Shown: piece after piece, positions 20,608 to 31,523 of the stretch
Layout of the letters: each line of letters opens with the position of its first letter
Position numbering within the stretch: position 1 is the first letter of the stretch
Source: an uncultured Campylobacterales bacterium
GTDB taxonomy: Bacteria; Campylobacterota; Campylobacteria; Campylobacterales; Sulfurimonadaceae
Length of the DNA: 64,000 bases
Assembly (NCBI GenBank): GCA_903885085.1
Contig: CAISHH010000154.1
Span: 1,694 to 65,693, forward strand
Reading direction: 5' to 3'
Position numbers and translations under genes: made by a program
The notes under the pieces: model-generated
Database searches by the model: none
Seen by the model: only the letters and a program-made list of their open reading frames with translations
What the model was told of the DNA's origin: nothing

Positions 20608-22361
20608 ATCTTAGATTGCACCGTTATCTTCGTTGCTTCAAAAAGTTCTGCCGCTTTTTGGATCATCGGCTCTTCTAAGATTGAGGCGCCGTCAAACTCT
20701 TTGACAGATTCATCGCCCTCTGAACAGTTTGCAACACAGCTTCCAGTTCCTACTTCACTCTCTTCGACCATTGAAGAAACCTGAAGAATCTCTTCAGGTG
20801 CTTCAAACTTTGGGCGGCTTGGTTCCTCTTGCTTTGTACATGGAAGATTTTTCATCACAGTTTCAAAGCCAAACACTTCACGCACAAGCTGTTTGATCAC
20901 ACTAAAACCATGCCCAAGCGCTTTTTTACACTCTTCATCAACACAGCTTTCCCATGTCAAAACACCATCAACAAATGAGACAAAACGGATATGTTTTACA
21001 AAACATTCTCCAAGCTGTATATTTCTATCCATAATAATTACCACTAACTTCTCATAAAGTTCTAAAGATGGATCTTCTACTATCTCTTCATATAAAGTCT
21101 CGTCCTGCCATAACGCTTCTTCTTCATGTAAAGTACCCTCTTCTTCAATTGAGAGTTCAGGCTCGCTCATCTGTGGTTGCGGTATCTTCTCTTGTGCGAG
21201 AGAAGGTTCAACTTCACTCACTTTTGGTTCACTCGGTTTTATCTCTGCGATTTTTGAAACGGGAATATCAAGATTTACGATATCCACGCGCTTCACCTCT
21301 TTTTGCAAAGACTCAATCATCTGGTCTATCTCTTTGATACGAAGCGCTTCGACCATTTTGAAAAGTATCAAAGAGAGAACAAAACCTCCATCTGCATTCA
21401 TATAAAAAAGTGTTTTTGAATCGCTTAAAATCCTAAAAAATCTATCCAGAATCAAAGTAGAAAAAAGTGGATCTTGCTCAAACATCCGCTCTTTTAGATA
21501 GATAATGAGTTCATCAACGACCATTTCAGCTTCATACTCTTCAAGCAGTTTTGCTATCTCAACGAGTGCGGCATAATCTTTTTTAAACACCGCTTTGAAG
21601 ATATTTGCGATGAAATGTGGATCAACAAGTCCTAGCATATCGGTGACAGTTTTAACATCTACAAAATTTTTAGAGTAGATGATCGCCTGATCCAAAAGCG
21701 TGAGCGTATCACGAAGACTTCCATTTCCACTACGTGCTAAAATCTCGAGTGCTTGAGGTTCATACTCAATGTTTTCAAGATGCAAAATATGAGAAAGATG
21801 TTGCACAACTTTCACGCTCGAGATACGCTTAAAACGAAAATGCTGAGTACGTGAGAGAATGGTCGCAGGAAGTTTGAGTGGATCGGTTGTCGCTAAGATA
21901 AATTTCACATATTCAGGCGGCTCTTCAAGGGTTTTTAAAAGCGCGTTAAAGGCCTGAGGAGTGAGCATATGAACCTCATCGATAATGAAGATCTTATATG
22001 CTGCTGAGGCTGGTTTATACTTTGTTTGTTCGACAAGATCACGGATATCATCAATCCCACGATTTGATGCAGCGTCCATCTCTATGATATCCATATGACG
22101 GTTTTGTGCGGCCATCACACAGTGAGTACAAACACCGCAAGGATTTGAAGTTGGGCCATTATCACAGATAAGTGCTTTTGCAAAGATACGTGCTGTAGAG
22201 GTTTTTCCGCTCCCTCGTAGTCCAGAAAAAAGGTAGGCATGAGAGAGTCTTTTTGAATCAAGAGCGAGTGAAAGTGTTTGAGATATCGATTCTTGCCCTA
22301 TCAACTCGTCAAAACTGTTTGGACGGTATTTGAGTGCCAATACTTCTGAATTTTCTTTCAC
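20604..22361 (-). CDS. dnaX: DNA polymerase III subunit gamma/tau
   Basis: LALKYRP, GLRGSGKT, Zn Cys cluster, IIDEVH, SRTQ. Confidence 0.97.
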   Translation of the reverse strand: MKENSEVLALKYRPNSFDELIGQESISQTLSLALDSKRLSHAYLFSGLRGSGKTSTARIFAKALICDNGPTSNPCGVCTHCVMAAQNRHMDIIEMDAASNRGIDDIRDLVEQTKYKPASAAYKIFIIDEVHMLTPQAFNALLKTLEEPPEYVKFILATTDPLKLPATILSRTQHFRFKRISSVKVVQHLSHILHLENIEYEPQALEILARSGNGSLRDTLTLLDQAIIYSKNFVDVKTVTDMLGLVDPHFIANIFKAVFKKDYAALVEIAKLLEEYEAEMVVDELIIYLKERMFEQDPLFSTLILDRFFRILSDSKTLFYMNADGGFVLSLILFKMVEALRIKEIDQMIESLQKEVKRVDIVNLDIPVSKIAEIKPSEPKVSEVEPSLAQEKIPQPQMSEPELSIEEEGTLHEEEALWQDETLYEEIVEDPSLELYEKLVVIIMDRNIQLGECFVKHIRFVSFVDGVLTWESCVDEECKKALGHGFSVIKQLVREVFGFETVMKNLPCTKQEEPSRPKFEAPEEILQVSSMVEESEVGTGSCVANCSEGDESVKEFDGASILEEPMIQKAAELFEATKITVQSKI

Positions 22362-22559
22362 ATCACGCTCCCATATATTTTAGGGGATTTTATCATTAAA
22401 AAAATTAAGAGTTACTATAAAACCAAGAGAAAGAGAGTATAATTTTTGCTCAAAATCTCTTAAACGGGATCGTGTATTTGGTGTCTGTGTTTGAATATTT
22501 TCAAACTTTTCAGAGTGACTTTTAGAGCACTTTTTTTATTTTTTTTGTAAGAGGAATGA

Positions 22560-22796
22560 ATGAAAATTTCTGATATTAAATTAGAAATGGAACTGTACGG
22601 CGTTGATTTGGAAGATATAACTGAAATCTTGGAAATTTGTAAAGCTCAGGGTTATGATATACAAGCCCTCGATGAAGAGCTTGAGAAAAAAGGTTATGAA
22701 CGTATTTTCTCTATTCATGATGAAGAGGATGACGATTTTGATGATGAGTATCCAGTAATAGAAAAATTCGGTCACAAAAAAAATTACATAGATTAA
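22560..22796 (+). CDS. Small acidic hypothetical protein
   Basis: 78 aa, Asp/Glu-rich, SD GAGG. Confidence 0.75.
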   Translation: MKISDIKLEMELYGVDLEDITEILEICKAQGYDIQALDEELEKKGYERIFSIHDEEDDDFDDEYPVIEKFGHKKNYID

Positions 22797-22802
22797 AGAA
22801 GT

Positions 22803-23204
22803 ATGATGGACAATAAACAATTAGTCAGTGAGTATTATGCTATGTGGAATAGCCATGATTTCTCAAAGGCAGAACAACTACTAGATAACGATATTCGGTT
22901 CCATGGTTCACTTGATATCGTAGCAAATGGAATAGAAGGTTTTAAAGACTACGCAGTCATACTTTTTGAAGCATTTCCAAATCTTTATCATGCAGTGGAA
23001 ATGGTAGTTTCAGAGGACAATCTTGCTGCGGCTTACGTTACCTATTCTGGCACGCATGCAGGAAAACTGTTAAACTATGAAGCGACAAAAAAACGTATCT
23101 GTTACTCAGGTGCATCTTTTTTTCATTTTAAAAATGGAAAAATTTCCAGTATAAACGTCTTGGGTGACTTACACTCTCTTTATAAACAGATTAGTCAAGC
23201 CTAA
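22803..23204 (+). CDS. SnoaL-like ester cyclase (NTF2 fold)
   Basis: AFPNL, YSGTHAG, FKNGKI. Confidence 0.88.
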   Translation: MMDNKQLVSEYYAMWNSHDFSKAEQLLDNDIRFHGSLDIVANGIEGFKDYAVILFEAFPNLYHAVEMVVSEDNLAAAYVTYSGTHAGKLLNYEATKKRICYSGASFFHFKNGKISSINVLGDLHSLYKQISQA

Positions 23205-23216
23205 AAGGGCTTGACT
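23193..23216. terminator. Hairpin terminator between convergent genes
   Basis: AGTCAAGCC-TAAAAG-GGCTTGACT perfect 9-bp stem. Confidence 0.7.
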
Positions 23217-24989
23217 CTATATTATTGTGCTAATACAGATTTTTCCTAGCTCTTTTTTTGCACACTTCTTTTGAAGCGAAAGAATGGCATTGATATCTTC
23301 TGTATCTTTTTTTGTCTTTGCTTTGACAACAACAACAGAAGCACTCACACTTAAAAGATCAAACTCTTTGGTATTTCCATCTCTGTCTTTTGCAATGATA
23401 TGACCTCTGTCTATATCCTCTTTAGTATAAAAAGCTTTTACATCCTCTGCAAACTTGGCAATGATCTCTTTGATATCTTCTATATATTTCATCTGATCTT
23501 TTTTACGGAACTCCACTGCCACAAAAAAATCATCTCCGCCGATATGTGCTTTAAAAAATTCAGCCAAAAGATTTTGTCTTAAAATATCAGCAAAAAGCAT
23601 AATCACTCTGTCTCCGTTTCTAAAGCCATAGTTGTCGTTATAGGCTTTAAAATTATCTAGATCAAAATAGCAAAGAAGAGAGTTTTCATCACTAAGATGA
23701 GCTAGATATCTCTCGATAGCAATATTTCCAGGAAGTTTTGTAAGAGGATTTTGTTCTCTTGCGTAAACAATATTTTGCTCATTCATAATCGTGATAATTG
23801 CACGTGCAGATAAAAAGCCCAAATATTTAGAGTTTTTAGTTATCAAAATTCCCACAGACTCAGGATTATTTGAAAAAAGTTCTATGATTGTCGAGATATC
23901 ACTGCCAAGATCAGCACTACCGCAAGGCGTCATGAGATTTTTTAGCTTTGTCTTTTCTGTAAACTCATTATTGAGAAGTGCCATTCCATATGGAGAATAA
24001 AGAAAATGTTTTAGTTCTTCTTCTTGCAAAACGCCCAAAGTCTCCCCTAAAGAATTGACAATAGGGATAATACTGACATCTGGATTATTTTTTAAATAGT
24101 TTACTACTTCAGAAGTTTTAGATTTAATATCAAAAGCTTTGGCTTTATCGATATATGAGAGTGTTTGATGATTAATCTCTTTGGTTCTCTTATCACTTTT
24201 AAGAATCTCTTTTATATGTTCATATTTATATTGTATCTCTTTGGTGTTTAGTGTCGGTCTTTGGACAAGATACCCTTGAACAAAATGACATCCAATATCT
24301 CTACATGTAAGCAGTTCCGCCCTAGTTTCTACTCCCTCCGCAACAACCTTTATGCCAAACTGAATCGCAAGGTTTGTAATGTTGCGAACCAGCAGTTTTT
24401 TCTTGATATTATTTTCTATATTACTTAAAAAAAATCTGTCGATTTTGATAACTTCAGGCGTACTTTCATAAAGAAGCTTATATCCAGAGTGTCCTATCCC
24501 AAAATCATCGATAGCAATACAAAAATCCTCATCCTGATAGTGTTTTAATACCGTTGAAATATCACACTCTTGCGTTATCTCATGACGTTCTGAAATTTCA
24601 AAACAGAGATTGTCTTTTGGAATATTGAATTTTTCAAGTAATTTTTTCGTGTTGCCGTGAGAGTAGTTTTGTATCTCAAAAAGACGATTATCAAGATTGT
24701 AAAAGAGTTTTATCTTTTCATAGCTTTCAATAGTTGTAAATTTTCTAAAAGCTATCTCACGTAACTCTATATCAAAAGGATAAAGCATTCCCTCTTTATA
24801 CACTTTATCAAACAGGGAAAAAATCGATTTAAACCCTGCATCTTCTACATTGCGTAGAAGTGCTTCCACTGCATAAATCTTACCGGTGTTGATATTGAGA
24901 ATGGGCTGAAAAGCGATATCTAAAACTTTTAATCTATCCAGCCATATCTGTGTGAGTTGTGTTTGCATAAGCGCAATATAACAAACCAT
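23217..24989 (-). CDS. EAL-(CBS)-GGDEF domain protein
   Basis: N-terminal VEALLR/DDFG, CBS-like middle, C-terminal NPLTKLPGN..GGDDF. Confidence 0.9.
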   Translation of the reverse strand: MVCYIALMQTQLTQIWLDRLKVLDIAFQPILNINTGKIYAVEALLRNVEDAGFKSIFSLFDKVYKEGMLYPFDIELREIAFRKFTTIESYEKIKLFYNLDNRLFEIQNYSHGNTKKLLEKFNIPKDNLCFEISERHEITQECDISTVLKHYQDEDFCIAIDDFGIGHSGYKLLYESTPEVIKIDRFFLSNIENNIKKKLLVRNITNLAIQFGIKVVAEGVETRAELLTCRDIGCHFVQGYLVQRPTLNTKEIQYKYEHIKEILKSDKRTKEINHQTLSYIDKAKAFDIKSKTSEVVNYLKNNPDVSIIPIVNSLGETLGVLQEEELKHFLYSPYGMALLNNEFTEKTKLKNLMTPCGSADLGSDISTIIELFSNNPESVGILITKNSKYLGFLSARAIITIMNEQNIVYAREQNPLTKLPGNIAIERYLAHLSDENSLLCYFDLDNFKAYNDNYGFRNGDRVIMLFADILRQNLLAEFFKAHIGGDDFFVAVEFRKKDQMKYIEDIKEIIAKFAEDVKAFYTKEDIDRGHIIAKDRDGNTKEFDLLSVSASVVVVKAKTKKDTEDINAILSLQKKCAKKELGKICISTII

Positions 24990-25056
24990 AATTTCAAAAT
25001 GGTTACACTGTATTTATCGAATTTAAACAGGTTAAATTGTTCAAAAATTTGGATTA

Positions 25057-26619
25057 TTATATTCCTGGAGCTTTCCACATAGAAGTTGTCACGCCCTCAT
25101 ATACAAGAGCAAGTTGTGCTTTATACGCGAGTTCAAACTTTTGCTTTTGCTCATCATAGATTTTTTTATTTAGCTCATTTGGCTCATAGATTTTATCCCA
25201 GACGACCAGCTCTTTTGAGGCTGAAATCATATCTTTGTAGATACAAGCACCCACACCAGCGGCCATCGCAGCGCCCAAAGCTGTGGCTTCTGTGACTTTT
25301 GGTATTTTGACTTTGCATCCTGTGACATCGCTAAGTATCTGTGACCACAAAGCTCCCTTGCTCGCACCTCCGGCAAAAACAATAGTATCTATCTCGATGC
25401 CACTAAAGCGTTTTATCTTTTCAAGATTAATGCTAGAAACAATTGCCGCATTCTCTTGCAGGCTTCGAAACATCGAAGCACGGTTACAGATAAGAGGATC
25501 AAGAGAAAGATTTATAAAACTTGGAGCTGCGTGATACCATTTTCCATAGTTCATGGCGTCTGAAAATATTGGGATGATTCCGTATGATCCTGCGGGAACT
25601 TTCAAGGCTTTTTCTTCTAAAACTGCGTAAACATCCATATTTCTTTGCTCAGCTTCAAGCATTTCCATCTCACAAAAAGCATCTCGAAACCAGCGCATAA
25701 TAAGACCAGAAAAAAAAGTGATTCCCTCCGCTTGAGATTGTCCGGCTACAACATGCGGATTCACACGAACCGACATATCTTTTGGAGGAGTCAAATCGCT
25801 TGGAATGTTGACAACCTGCTGCCAAAACGATCCGCCAAGTACAGCAACATCTCCGAGATTGACCACGCCAAGTCCTGCACTTCCAAGCTGAACATCACCG
25901 CCACCCATTACGACTTTTGTATTTTTTGAGAGTCCTGTTTCTTTGGAAGCCTTTTCGCTCACAGTTCCCATAAGCGTGCCGACTTCTAAGCATGGAGGAA
26001 AAATATCATCTTTAATTCCCACTTTTTTAGCCATCGAAGCATCCCAGTTGCGTTCTTTTAAAGAAAAAATTCCCGTTGTTCCGCCGTTACTTGGGTCTGT
26101 CGCTAAAATACCGCTGAGGCGGAAAAGTATCCAATCGCCTATCATGGAGATAGCAGCTACTTTTTCATACAGATCAGGTTTGTTATTTTTAAGCCATAGT
26201 ATACGAGGAAGTGCGCCGAGTGCGAAAGTCTGTCCTGAACTTTCATAAAACTCAGCTTCCATATCTGGAAAGTTTTCTTTGAGATATCGTACCTCTTTGT
26301 CTGCTCTTGCATCCACATTTGCTACTGCAAAGAGTTCATTTCCATCTTTATCGTACAGAACGATCCCCTCACGCATACTTGTCGCAGAGAGTGCTATGAT
26401 ATCTTCGCCACTAAGATTTGCAAGTGCTAAAGAGTCACGAATACACTTACATGTAAGACCCCAATTATTCTCACAATCAAAACTCATAGAGTTAGGCACA
26501 CCGCCCTCTTGCGAGTGCGTCCACTCACTTTGAGAGACACTTATCTGATTGCCCTTGGTATCAAATATTACCGCACGAACACTGCCAGTTCCAGCATCAA
26601 TCGCCATTAAGTAGGACAT
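25057..26619 (-). CDS. lsrK: Autoinducer-2 kinase (FGGY family)
   Basis: YLMAIDAGTGSVRAVIFD..GNQI, SATSMREGIVLY, GGGDVQLG, GGSFWQQVVN, WYHAAPSFINL, C-terminal TTSMWKAPG match enterobacterial LsrK as recalled. Confidence 0.9.
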   Translation of the reverse strand: MSYLMAIDAGTGSVRAVIFDTKGNQISVSQSEWTHSQEGGVPNSMSFDCENNWGLTCKCIRDSLALANLSGEDIIALSATSMREGIVLYDKDGNELFAVANVDARADKEVRYLKENFPDMEAEFYESSGQTFALGALPRILWLKNNKPDLYEKVAAISMIGDWILFRLSGILATDPSNGGTTGIFSLKERNWDASMAKKVGIKDDIFPPCLEVGTLMGTVSEKASKETGLSKNTKVVMGGGDVQLGSAGLGVVNLGDVAVLGGSFWQQVVNIPSDLTPPKDMSVRVNPHVVAGQSQAEGITFFSGLIMRWFRDAFCEMEMLEAEQRNMDVYAVLEEKALKVPAGSYGIIPIFSDAMNYGKWYHAAPSFINLSLDPLICNRASMFRSLQENAAIVSSINLEKIKRFSGIEIDTIVFAGGASKGALWSQILSDVTGCKVKIPKVTEATALGAAMAAGVGACIYKDMISASKELVVWDKIYEPNELNKKIYDEQKQKFELAYKAQLALVYEGVTTSMWKAPGI

Positions 26620-27794
26620 TATTTTCTCAGTTTCGCTTGTTCAAGTTCCCAGTATTCCATCGCAAAACTCTCGGCTACGTTGATACTTTTGTATCCGCCA
26701 AGCTGATCGGCTCGAAGAACGGCGAGCATCGTATGTTCAACGATATCATTGATGATAGAAGCCTCTTTTTCATTTTTTCCAAAACAGATAATTCCATAAT
26801 CTTTTACAACGGCGTAGTTTGGAGCAGGATTTAAGCATATCTCATTTGTGGCAAAAATCTCAAAATAGCTTTTATAAAACTCTTCATACTCCAATATCGC
26901 TTTTTCAAAATTACTATCTTGAAGGACTAAAGGTTTTCTCTTTGTTCTTATAATATGTTCAGGAGTTAACACGCCTCTTCGTACGGCACTGTAAAGATCC
27001 GACTGCGAGGCATAAGTATAGGCGAGATTTGATCTGTTTACATGTAAGACAACTTTATGCCCTTTATGTTCACAAATCAGTTTTTCCAATTTTTTAAGAT
27101 CGATCTCTTTTTTAGAGTTTGAAAGTTTGAGTGTCACTTTTGCATTCTCTGCCAAAAACTCTTCCGCTTTTGTCACTGCATCTATCATCTTTGTATATGA
27201 GTTTTTTGCATCATCATCGAAAGTAAAGATACCATGATTGTGAAGAATGATTCCAGCACATTTTGACCAATCCAAATCCTTTGTCTTTTTATAGATCTTC
27301 TGAGCCAAGAGAAATCCGGGCATCACATAAGGAATGATTAGAAAATTTGGAAACAGTTTTTTGATATTTTCAATACCACTTACAGAATTTGAAATAGTCA
27401 CAACAGCGTCCGCATGCGTATGATCTACAAATTTAAAAGGGATAATAGCGTGTAATATGGCTTCTACAGAAGGGTTTGGGGCAGATTTATCAATCATGGC
27501 GGCTTTTTGCAGCATAACCATATTACTGTCACTGAGAGTCGGAAGTTTTGCCATTTCCCAGAGCGCTTCGAGTTTTACAGGTGCAAAACCCTCACGCTTT
27601 ATACTGACTAAATCCCAGCCACTGCCTTTAACATAAAGAATATCTTCATCCTCTACTTCCACTTTGACAGAAGTATTTCCGCCTCCATGAAGCACAAGCT
27701 CATCACTCTGCCCTAAAAGATTTGAAGTATAAACTCTTAAGTCTAAATCACTCGTAAACTTTTTTGATTCTTCATCAGACCAAAGATTTTTCAT
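26619..27794 (-). CDS. Class II aldolase/adducin-family protein (RhaD/YuxG N-terminal type, no SDR domain)
   Basis: LVLHGGGNTSVK, VKGSGWDL, PSVEAILH, HTHAD, NHG, EYWELEQAKL. Confidence 0.88.
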   Translation of the reverse strand: MKNLWSDEESKKFTSDLDLRVYTSNLLGQSDELVLHGGGNTSVKVEVEDEDILYVKGSGWDLVSIKREGFAPVKLEALWEMAKLPTLSDSNMVMLQKAAMIDKSAPNPSVEAILHAIIPFKFVDHTHADAVVTISNSVSGIENIKKLFPNFLIIPYVMPGFLLAQKIYKKTKDLDWSKCAGIILHNHGIFTFDDDAKNSYTKMIDAVTKAEEFLAENAKVTLKLSNSKKEIDLKKLEKLICEHKGHKVVLHVNRSNLAYTYASQSDLYSAVRRGVLTPEHIIRTKRKPLVLQDSNFEKAILEYEEFYKSYFEIFATNEICLNPAPNYAVVKDYGIICFGKNEKEASIINDIVEHTMLAVLRADQLGGYKSINVAESFAMEYWELEQAKLRK

Positions 27795-27797
27795 CTT

Positions 27798-28085
27798 CTA
27801 ACCTAAAACTTCAAGCTCGTCTGTGTATTTACTCAGACAGTATGGCTCATAACTTGATTTGTAAACCGCATAGTGTGCAGAGTTTTTATGTCCATCAAGC
27901 GCGGCTTCATCTCTCCAGCTCTCATACGCCATAAATTTTTCTGGTTTGTTTTCATACTGAAAAATCTCATAAAAAAGACAACCATCTTCTGCTTTTGAAG
28001 GTTCGACCATCGCGCTTAAAAGCTTTTTCATCATCTCTATTGCCTCTGGTTTTGCTATAAAAGTCACACGTTTTGTAATTGCCAT
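27798..28085 (-). CDS. ABM-fold protein (LsrG/YgiN-like)
   Basis: EDGCLFYEI, YESW.DEAAL..H...HY. Confidence 0.85.
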   Translation of the reverse strand: MAITKRVTFIAKPEAIEMMKKLLSAMVEPSKAEDGCLFYEIFQYENKPEKFMAYESWRDEAALDGHKNSAHYAVYKSSYEPYCLSKYTDELEVLG

Positions 28086-28102
28086 TTTTTGTTCCTAATT
28101 TT

Positions 28103-28846
28103 TTATAATTTTAACCATTTTTTGGCAATTTTTCGAAGTGCTTCAGGGTTTTCTGAGGCAAAAAATTTGATCTCTGGGTTTGGATAACGCTCTATAAAAT
28201 CAAACTCTTTTTCCAAATACTGAGCAATCGCATCACCTGAATGGATCAACTGACACTTTTCGCCAAAATAGTTTTGCAAAGCGGGTGCGATAAGCGGGAA
28301 ATGGGTACATCCGAGGATAAGCGCATCGGGAGATTTGATATCTTCAAAATAGTGTTTGAAAGTAGATTCTAAAATCTCGCCCTCATAAATCTCCTCTTCA
28401 ACAAGCGGCACAAAAAGACCTGTCGCTTTTGCTTCTAAGTTATTGTAGCCAAGAGAGTGGAGTTCATCTTCGTAAGATTTGGAGTTTACGGTCGCTTTTG
28501 TACCGATAATGAGGATATTTGCATCCTTACATGTAAGGGCATTTTTGGCTGCAAGTGCGCCTGATTCTATCACGCCGACAACCGGACAAGTCGCGTTTTC
28601 GCGCATCTCTGTGAGTGCATACGCGCTGACGGTATTGCACGCGACTACGATAAGATCAAGTTCGAAGTTTTTGAAAAACTCTACGGCTTCTATAGCGTAA
28701 CGGATGATAGTATTTTTATCTTTAATCCCATAAGGCACACGTGCAGTGTCACCAAAATAGATGATCTCTTCAAAAAATTGGTGTTCTAACAGTGACTTAA
28801 CAACCGTCAATCCGCCGATTCCGCTATCAAAAACACCTACTTTCAT
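28103..28846 (-). CDS. murI: Glutamate racemase
   Basis: FDSGIGGLTV, ACNT, GCTHFP. Confidence 0.97.
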   Translation of the reverse strand: MKVGVFDSGIGGLTVVKSLLEHQFFEEIIYFGDTARVPYGIKDKNTIIRYAIEAVEFFKNFELDLIVVACNTVSAYALTEMRENATCPVVGVIESGALAAKNALTCKDANILIIGTKATVNSKSYEDELHSLGYNNLEAKATGLFVPLVEEEIYEGEILESTFKHYFEDIKSPDALILGCTHFPLIAPALQNYFGEKCQLIHSGDAIAQYLEKEFDFIERYPNPEIKFFASENPEALRKIAKKWLKL

Positions 28847-30180
28847 TACTGGTTATTCATACTTTCTAAGAACTCTGCATTCGTTTTATTTTTCATCATC
28901 GTTGTATATAAGAAACGAAGTGCTTCGACCTCATCATCTTGCTTATGAAGCATAGAGCGAAGAATAAACACTTTTTGAAGTATTTCAGGAGAGATAAGAA
29001 GCTCCTCTTTACGAGTTCCTGATTTTAGAATATCGATAGCTGGATAGATACGACGTTCTGAAATTTTACGGCTGAGGACTAACTCCGAGTTCCCCGTACC
29101 TTTAAACTCTTCAAAGATGACCTCGTCCATTTTTGAACCTGTCTCGATGAGTGCAGTCGCGATAATCGTTAAACTTCCGCCATTTTCAATATTACGAGCC
29201 GCTCCAAAAAAGCGTTTTGGTTTGTGAAGTGCATTTGCATCAACCCCGCCTGAGAGTACTTTTCCACTTGATGGCGTGACAGTGTTATATGCACGAGCAA
29301 GACGTGTGATAGAATCAAGCAAGATAACGACATGATGTCCAAGTTCCACGCGGCGTTTTGCACGTTCGATCACCATTTCAGCCACTTTTACGTGGTTTTT
29401 TGCAGGCATATCAAAAGTCGAGCTGTAAACTTCGCCTCTAACACTTCGCTCCATATCCGTAACCTCTTCAGGTCGCTCATCTACAAGTAAGACCATCAAG
29501 TCCATATCTGCATGATTGTGCGTGATACCGTTTGCAATCTCTTTTAGAAGTTCAGTTTTACCCGTTCTAGGAGGTGCAACTACAAGTCCACGCTGACCGC
29601 GACCGATAGGAGCAAAAAGATCCATCATACGACCAGTGAGTTTGTTTGCTTGGTATTCGAGCTTGATTTGACTTGTTGCATAAATAGGTGTGAGGTTTTC
29701 AAAAAGAGGACGCTTTTTGCTCTCTTCAGGTGGAAGGTAGTTGATCGCTTCGATTTTTAGAAGTGCATAATAACGCTCTTGCTCTTTTGGAGGACGCACT
29801 TGACCTGTAACGCTGTCTCCATTACGAAGGGCAAAACGCTTGATCTGTGTACTTGAAACATACGCATCATGAACACTGTCACCGAAATCTTTATCTATAG
29901 TACGTAAAAATCCGTAACCATCAGACATCATCTCTAAGATACCCGTAAATAGGATGAATCCACCCTGTTCTACTTGTGCTTTTAGGATTTCAAAAATAAT
30001 ATCCTGACGTATAAGCTCATTTGGGTTTTCAACATTGAGTTCATTTGCGATCACTACAAGTTCTGCTGTAGTCTTCGTTCTGAGATCTTCTATTTTATGA
30101 CCTACAACGGGCGTGTGGGTTCTATTTTTCGTACTTTTTTTGTTTGGTGTCGGAGTTTGTTCAGCCATTAATTGCTTCAC
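28846..30180 (-). CDS. rho: Transcription termination factor Rho
   Basis: [36 protein letters not shown]. Confidence 0.98.
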   Translation of the reverse strand: MKQLMAEQTPTPNKKSTKNRTHTPVVGHKIEDLRTKTTAELVVIANELNVENPNELIRQDIIFEILKAQVEQGGFILFTGILEMMSDGYGFLRTIDKDFGDSVHDAYVSSTQIKRFALRNGDSVTGQVRPPKEQERYYALLKIEAINYLPPEESKKRPLFENLTPIYATSQIKLEYQANKLTGRMMDLFAPIGRGQRGLVVAPPRTGKTELLKEIANGITHNHADMDLMVLLVDERPEEVTDMERSVRGEVYSSTFDMPAKNHVKVAEMVIERAKRRVELGHHVVILLDSITRLARAYNTVTPSSGKVLSGGVDANALHKPKRFFGAARNIENGGSLTIIATALIETGSKMDEVIFEEFKGTGNSELVLSRKISERRIYPAIDILKSGTRKEELLISPEILQKVFILRSMLHKQDDEVEALRFLYTTMMKNKTNAEFLESMNNQ

Positions 30181-30316
30181 CTTGTTTAAGTTAGATTTAT
30201 TGCGAATATGAAAGATTTGTATAGATTTTGAAGTATTGTTTTACACTTTTAGTAATCGTATTTTACCCTCATTTATGTTATTATGTCAAGAACTCACTCA
30301 AATTAAGGTTTAAACC

Positions 30317-31522
30317 ATGAAAAATAGGTTTTATTTTGACACCAAACCAAACGAAAATATTCTTGAATTGATTAAAGCTGAAAGAGAAGAGATAGGCTTT
30401 TATGAACTTTGCCATAACGATGTAAGTGAATATGAAGCATACGCAAAGAGCATAGATGCGCAAGACATCGTCGTTGTCGGTATTGGTGGCAGTGCACTTG
30501 GAACCTCTGCAATTTACAAATTTTTAAAATATACCAACCATTTTTCAAAAAAACTCCATGTTATAGAAACAACAGACCCTCTTGTTATCACTGATGAAAT
30601 GGAACATATCGATCTTCAAAATGCTCATTTTCTTATTATCAGTAAATCGGGAACGACGGTTGAGACGATCTCTGTTTATAAATATATCGCTTCAATCATA
30701 GAAATCACTTCTAAAAACTGTACCATTATTACCGATGAGGGCTCACTTCTTGAAAAGCACGCAATTGACAGTGATATCAAAGTGTTTCATATTCCTCATA
30801 ATGTCGGCGGAAGATTTTCAGTTTTAAGTGCCGTGGGACTTGTACCTTTAGCTATGATTGGCATCGATATCAGGTCTCTTTTAGATGGCGCAAAAAAGAT
30901 CTATAACTCATTTTTCAATCAAGAGGGTTATGATACTTCACTTTTGAAAAAAGCAACTTATTATGCTCAAACTGCAAATACTTATAATATTAATTGTTTA
31001 TTTAGCTACTCAGAAGTTTTTCGGGAGTTCAACGCATGGTATGTGCAACTTTGGGGAGAAAGCCTTGGGAAAAAACAGATCCATTCACAGTTACATGTAG
31101 GCCTAACTCCAGTCGGACTTATCGGGCCCACAGATCAGCACTCTTTTTTACAACTTATCGTTGATGGAAAACGTGATAAAAGTGTGACTGTAATCAAGAT
31201 AAATAATTTTGAAAACGCAATGGAAGTGCCAAATAACTCATTGAAACATTTAGAGTCTTTGGATGTTTTGAATGGATATAAATTTTCAGAGATTATCAAT
31301 ATGCAAGCTGATTCTATTGTCGAATCTCTTCTCTCACTTGAACATATCCCTCTCGATGTTATCGAAATCTCTCAAATCAATGCCCATTCTATCGGTGAAC
31401 TTATCTACTATTATGAGCTTCTAGCAGCGCTTGTTGGAAAAATGCTTGATATCAACACTTATGACCAACCTGGCGTAGAGATGGGCAAGATCATCCTCAA
31501 AGAGAAACTAAACAAAAAATAA
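30317..31522 (+). CDS. pgi: Glucose-6-phosphate isomerase
   Basis: GIGGSALG, SKSGTT, GGRFS, QLWGESLGK, DQH, DQPGVE. Confidence 0.95.
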   Translation: MKNRFYFDTKPNENILELIKAEREEIGFYELCHNDVSEYEAYAKSIDAQDIVVVGIGGSALGTSAIYKFLKYTNHFSKKLHVIETTDPLVITDEMEHIDLQNAHFLIISKSGTTVETISVYKYIASIIEITSKNCTIITDEGSLLEKHAIDSDIKVFHIPHNVGGRFSVLSAVGLVPLAMIGIDIRSLLDGAKKIYNSFFNQEGYDTSLLKKATYYAQTANTYNINCLFSYSEVFREFNAWYVQLWGESLGKKQIHSQLHVGLTPVGLIGPTDQHSFLQLIVDGKRDKSVTVIKINNFENAMEVPNNSLKHLESLDVLNGYKFSEIINMQADSIVESLLSLEHIPLDVIEISQINAHSIGELIYYYELLAALVGKMLDINTYDQPGVEMGKIILKEKLNKK

Positions 31523-31523
31523 C

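Noticed and set aside
20604..22361. Programmed frameshift in dnaX
   Set aside because: No A-AAA-AAG heptamer or long A run seen after domain III (only CAAAAAG near 21300)
22362..22559. SRP RNA next to dnaX
   Set aside because: Conserved SRP helix-8 motif not seen on either strand
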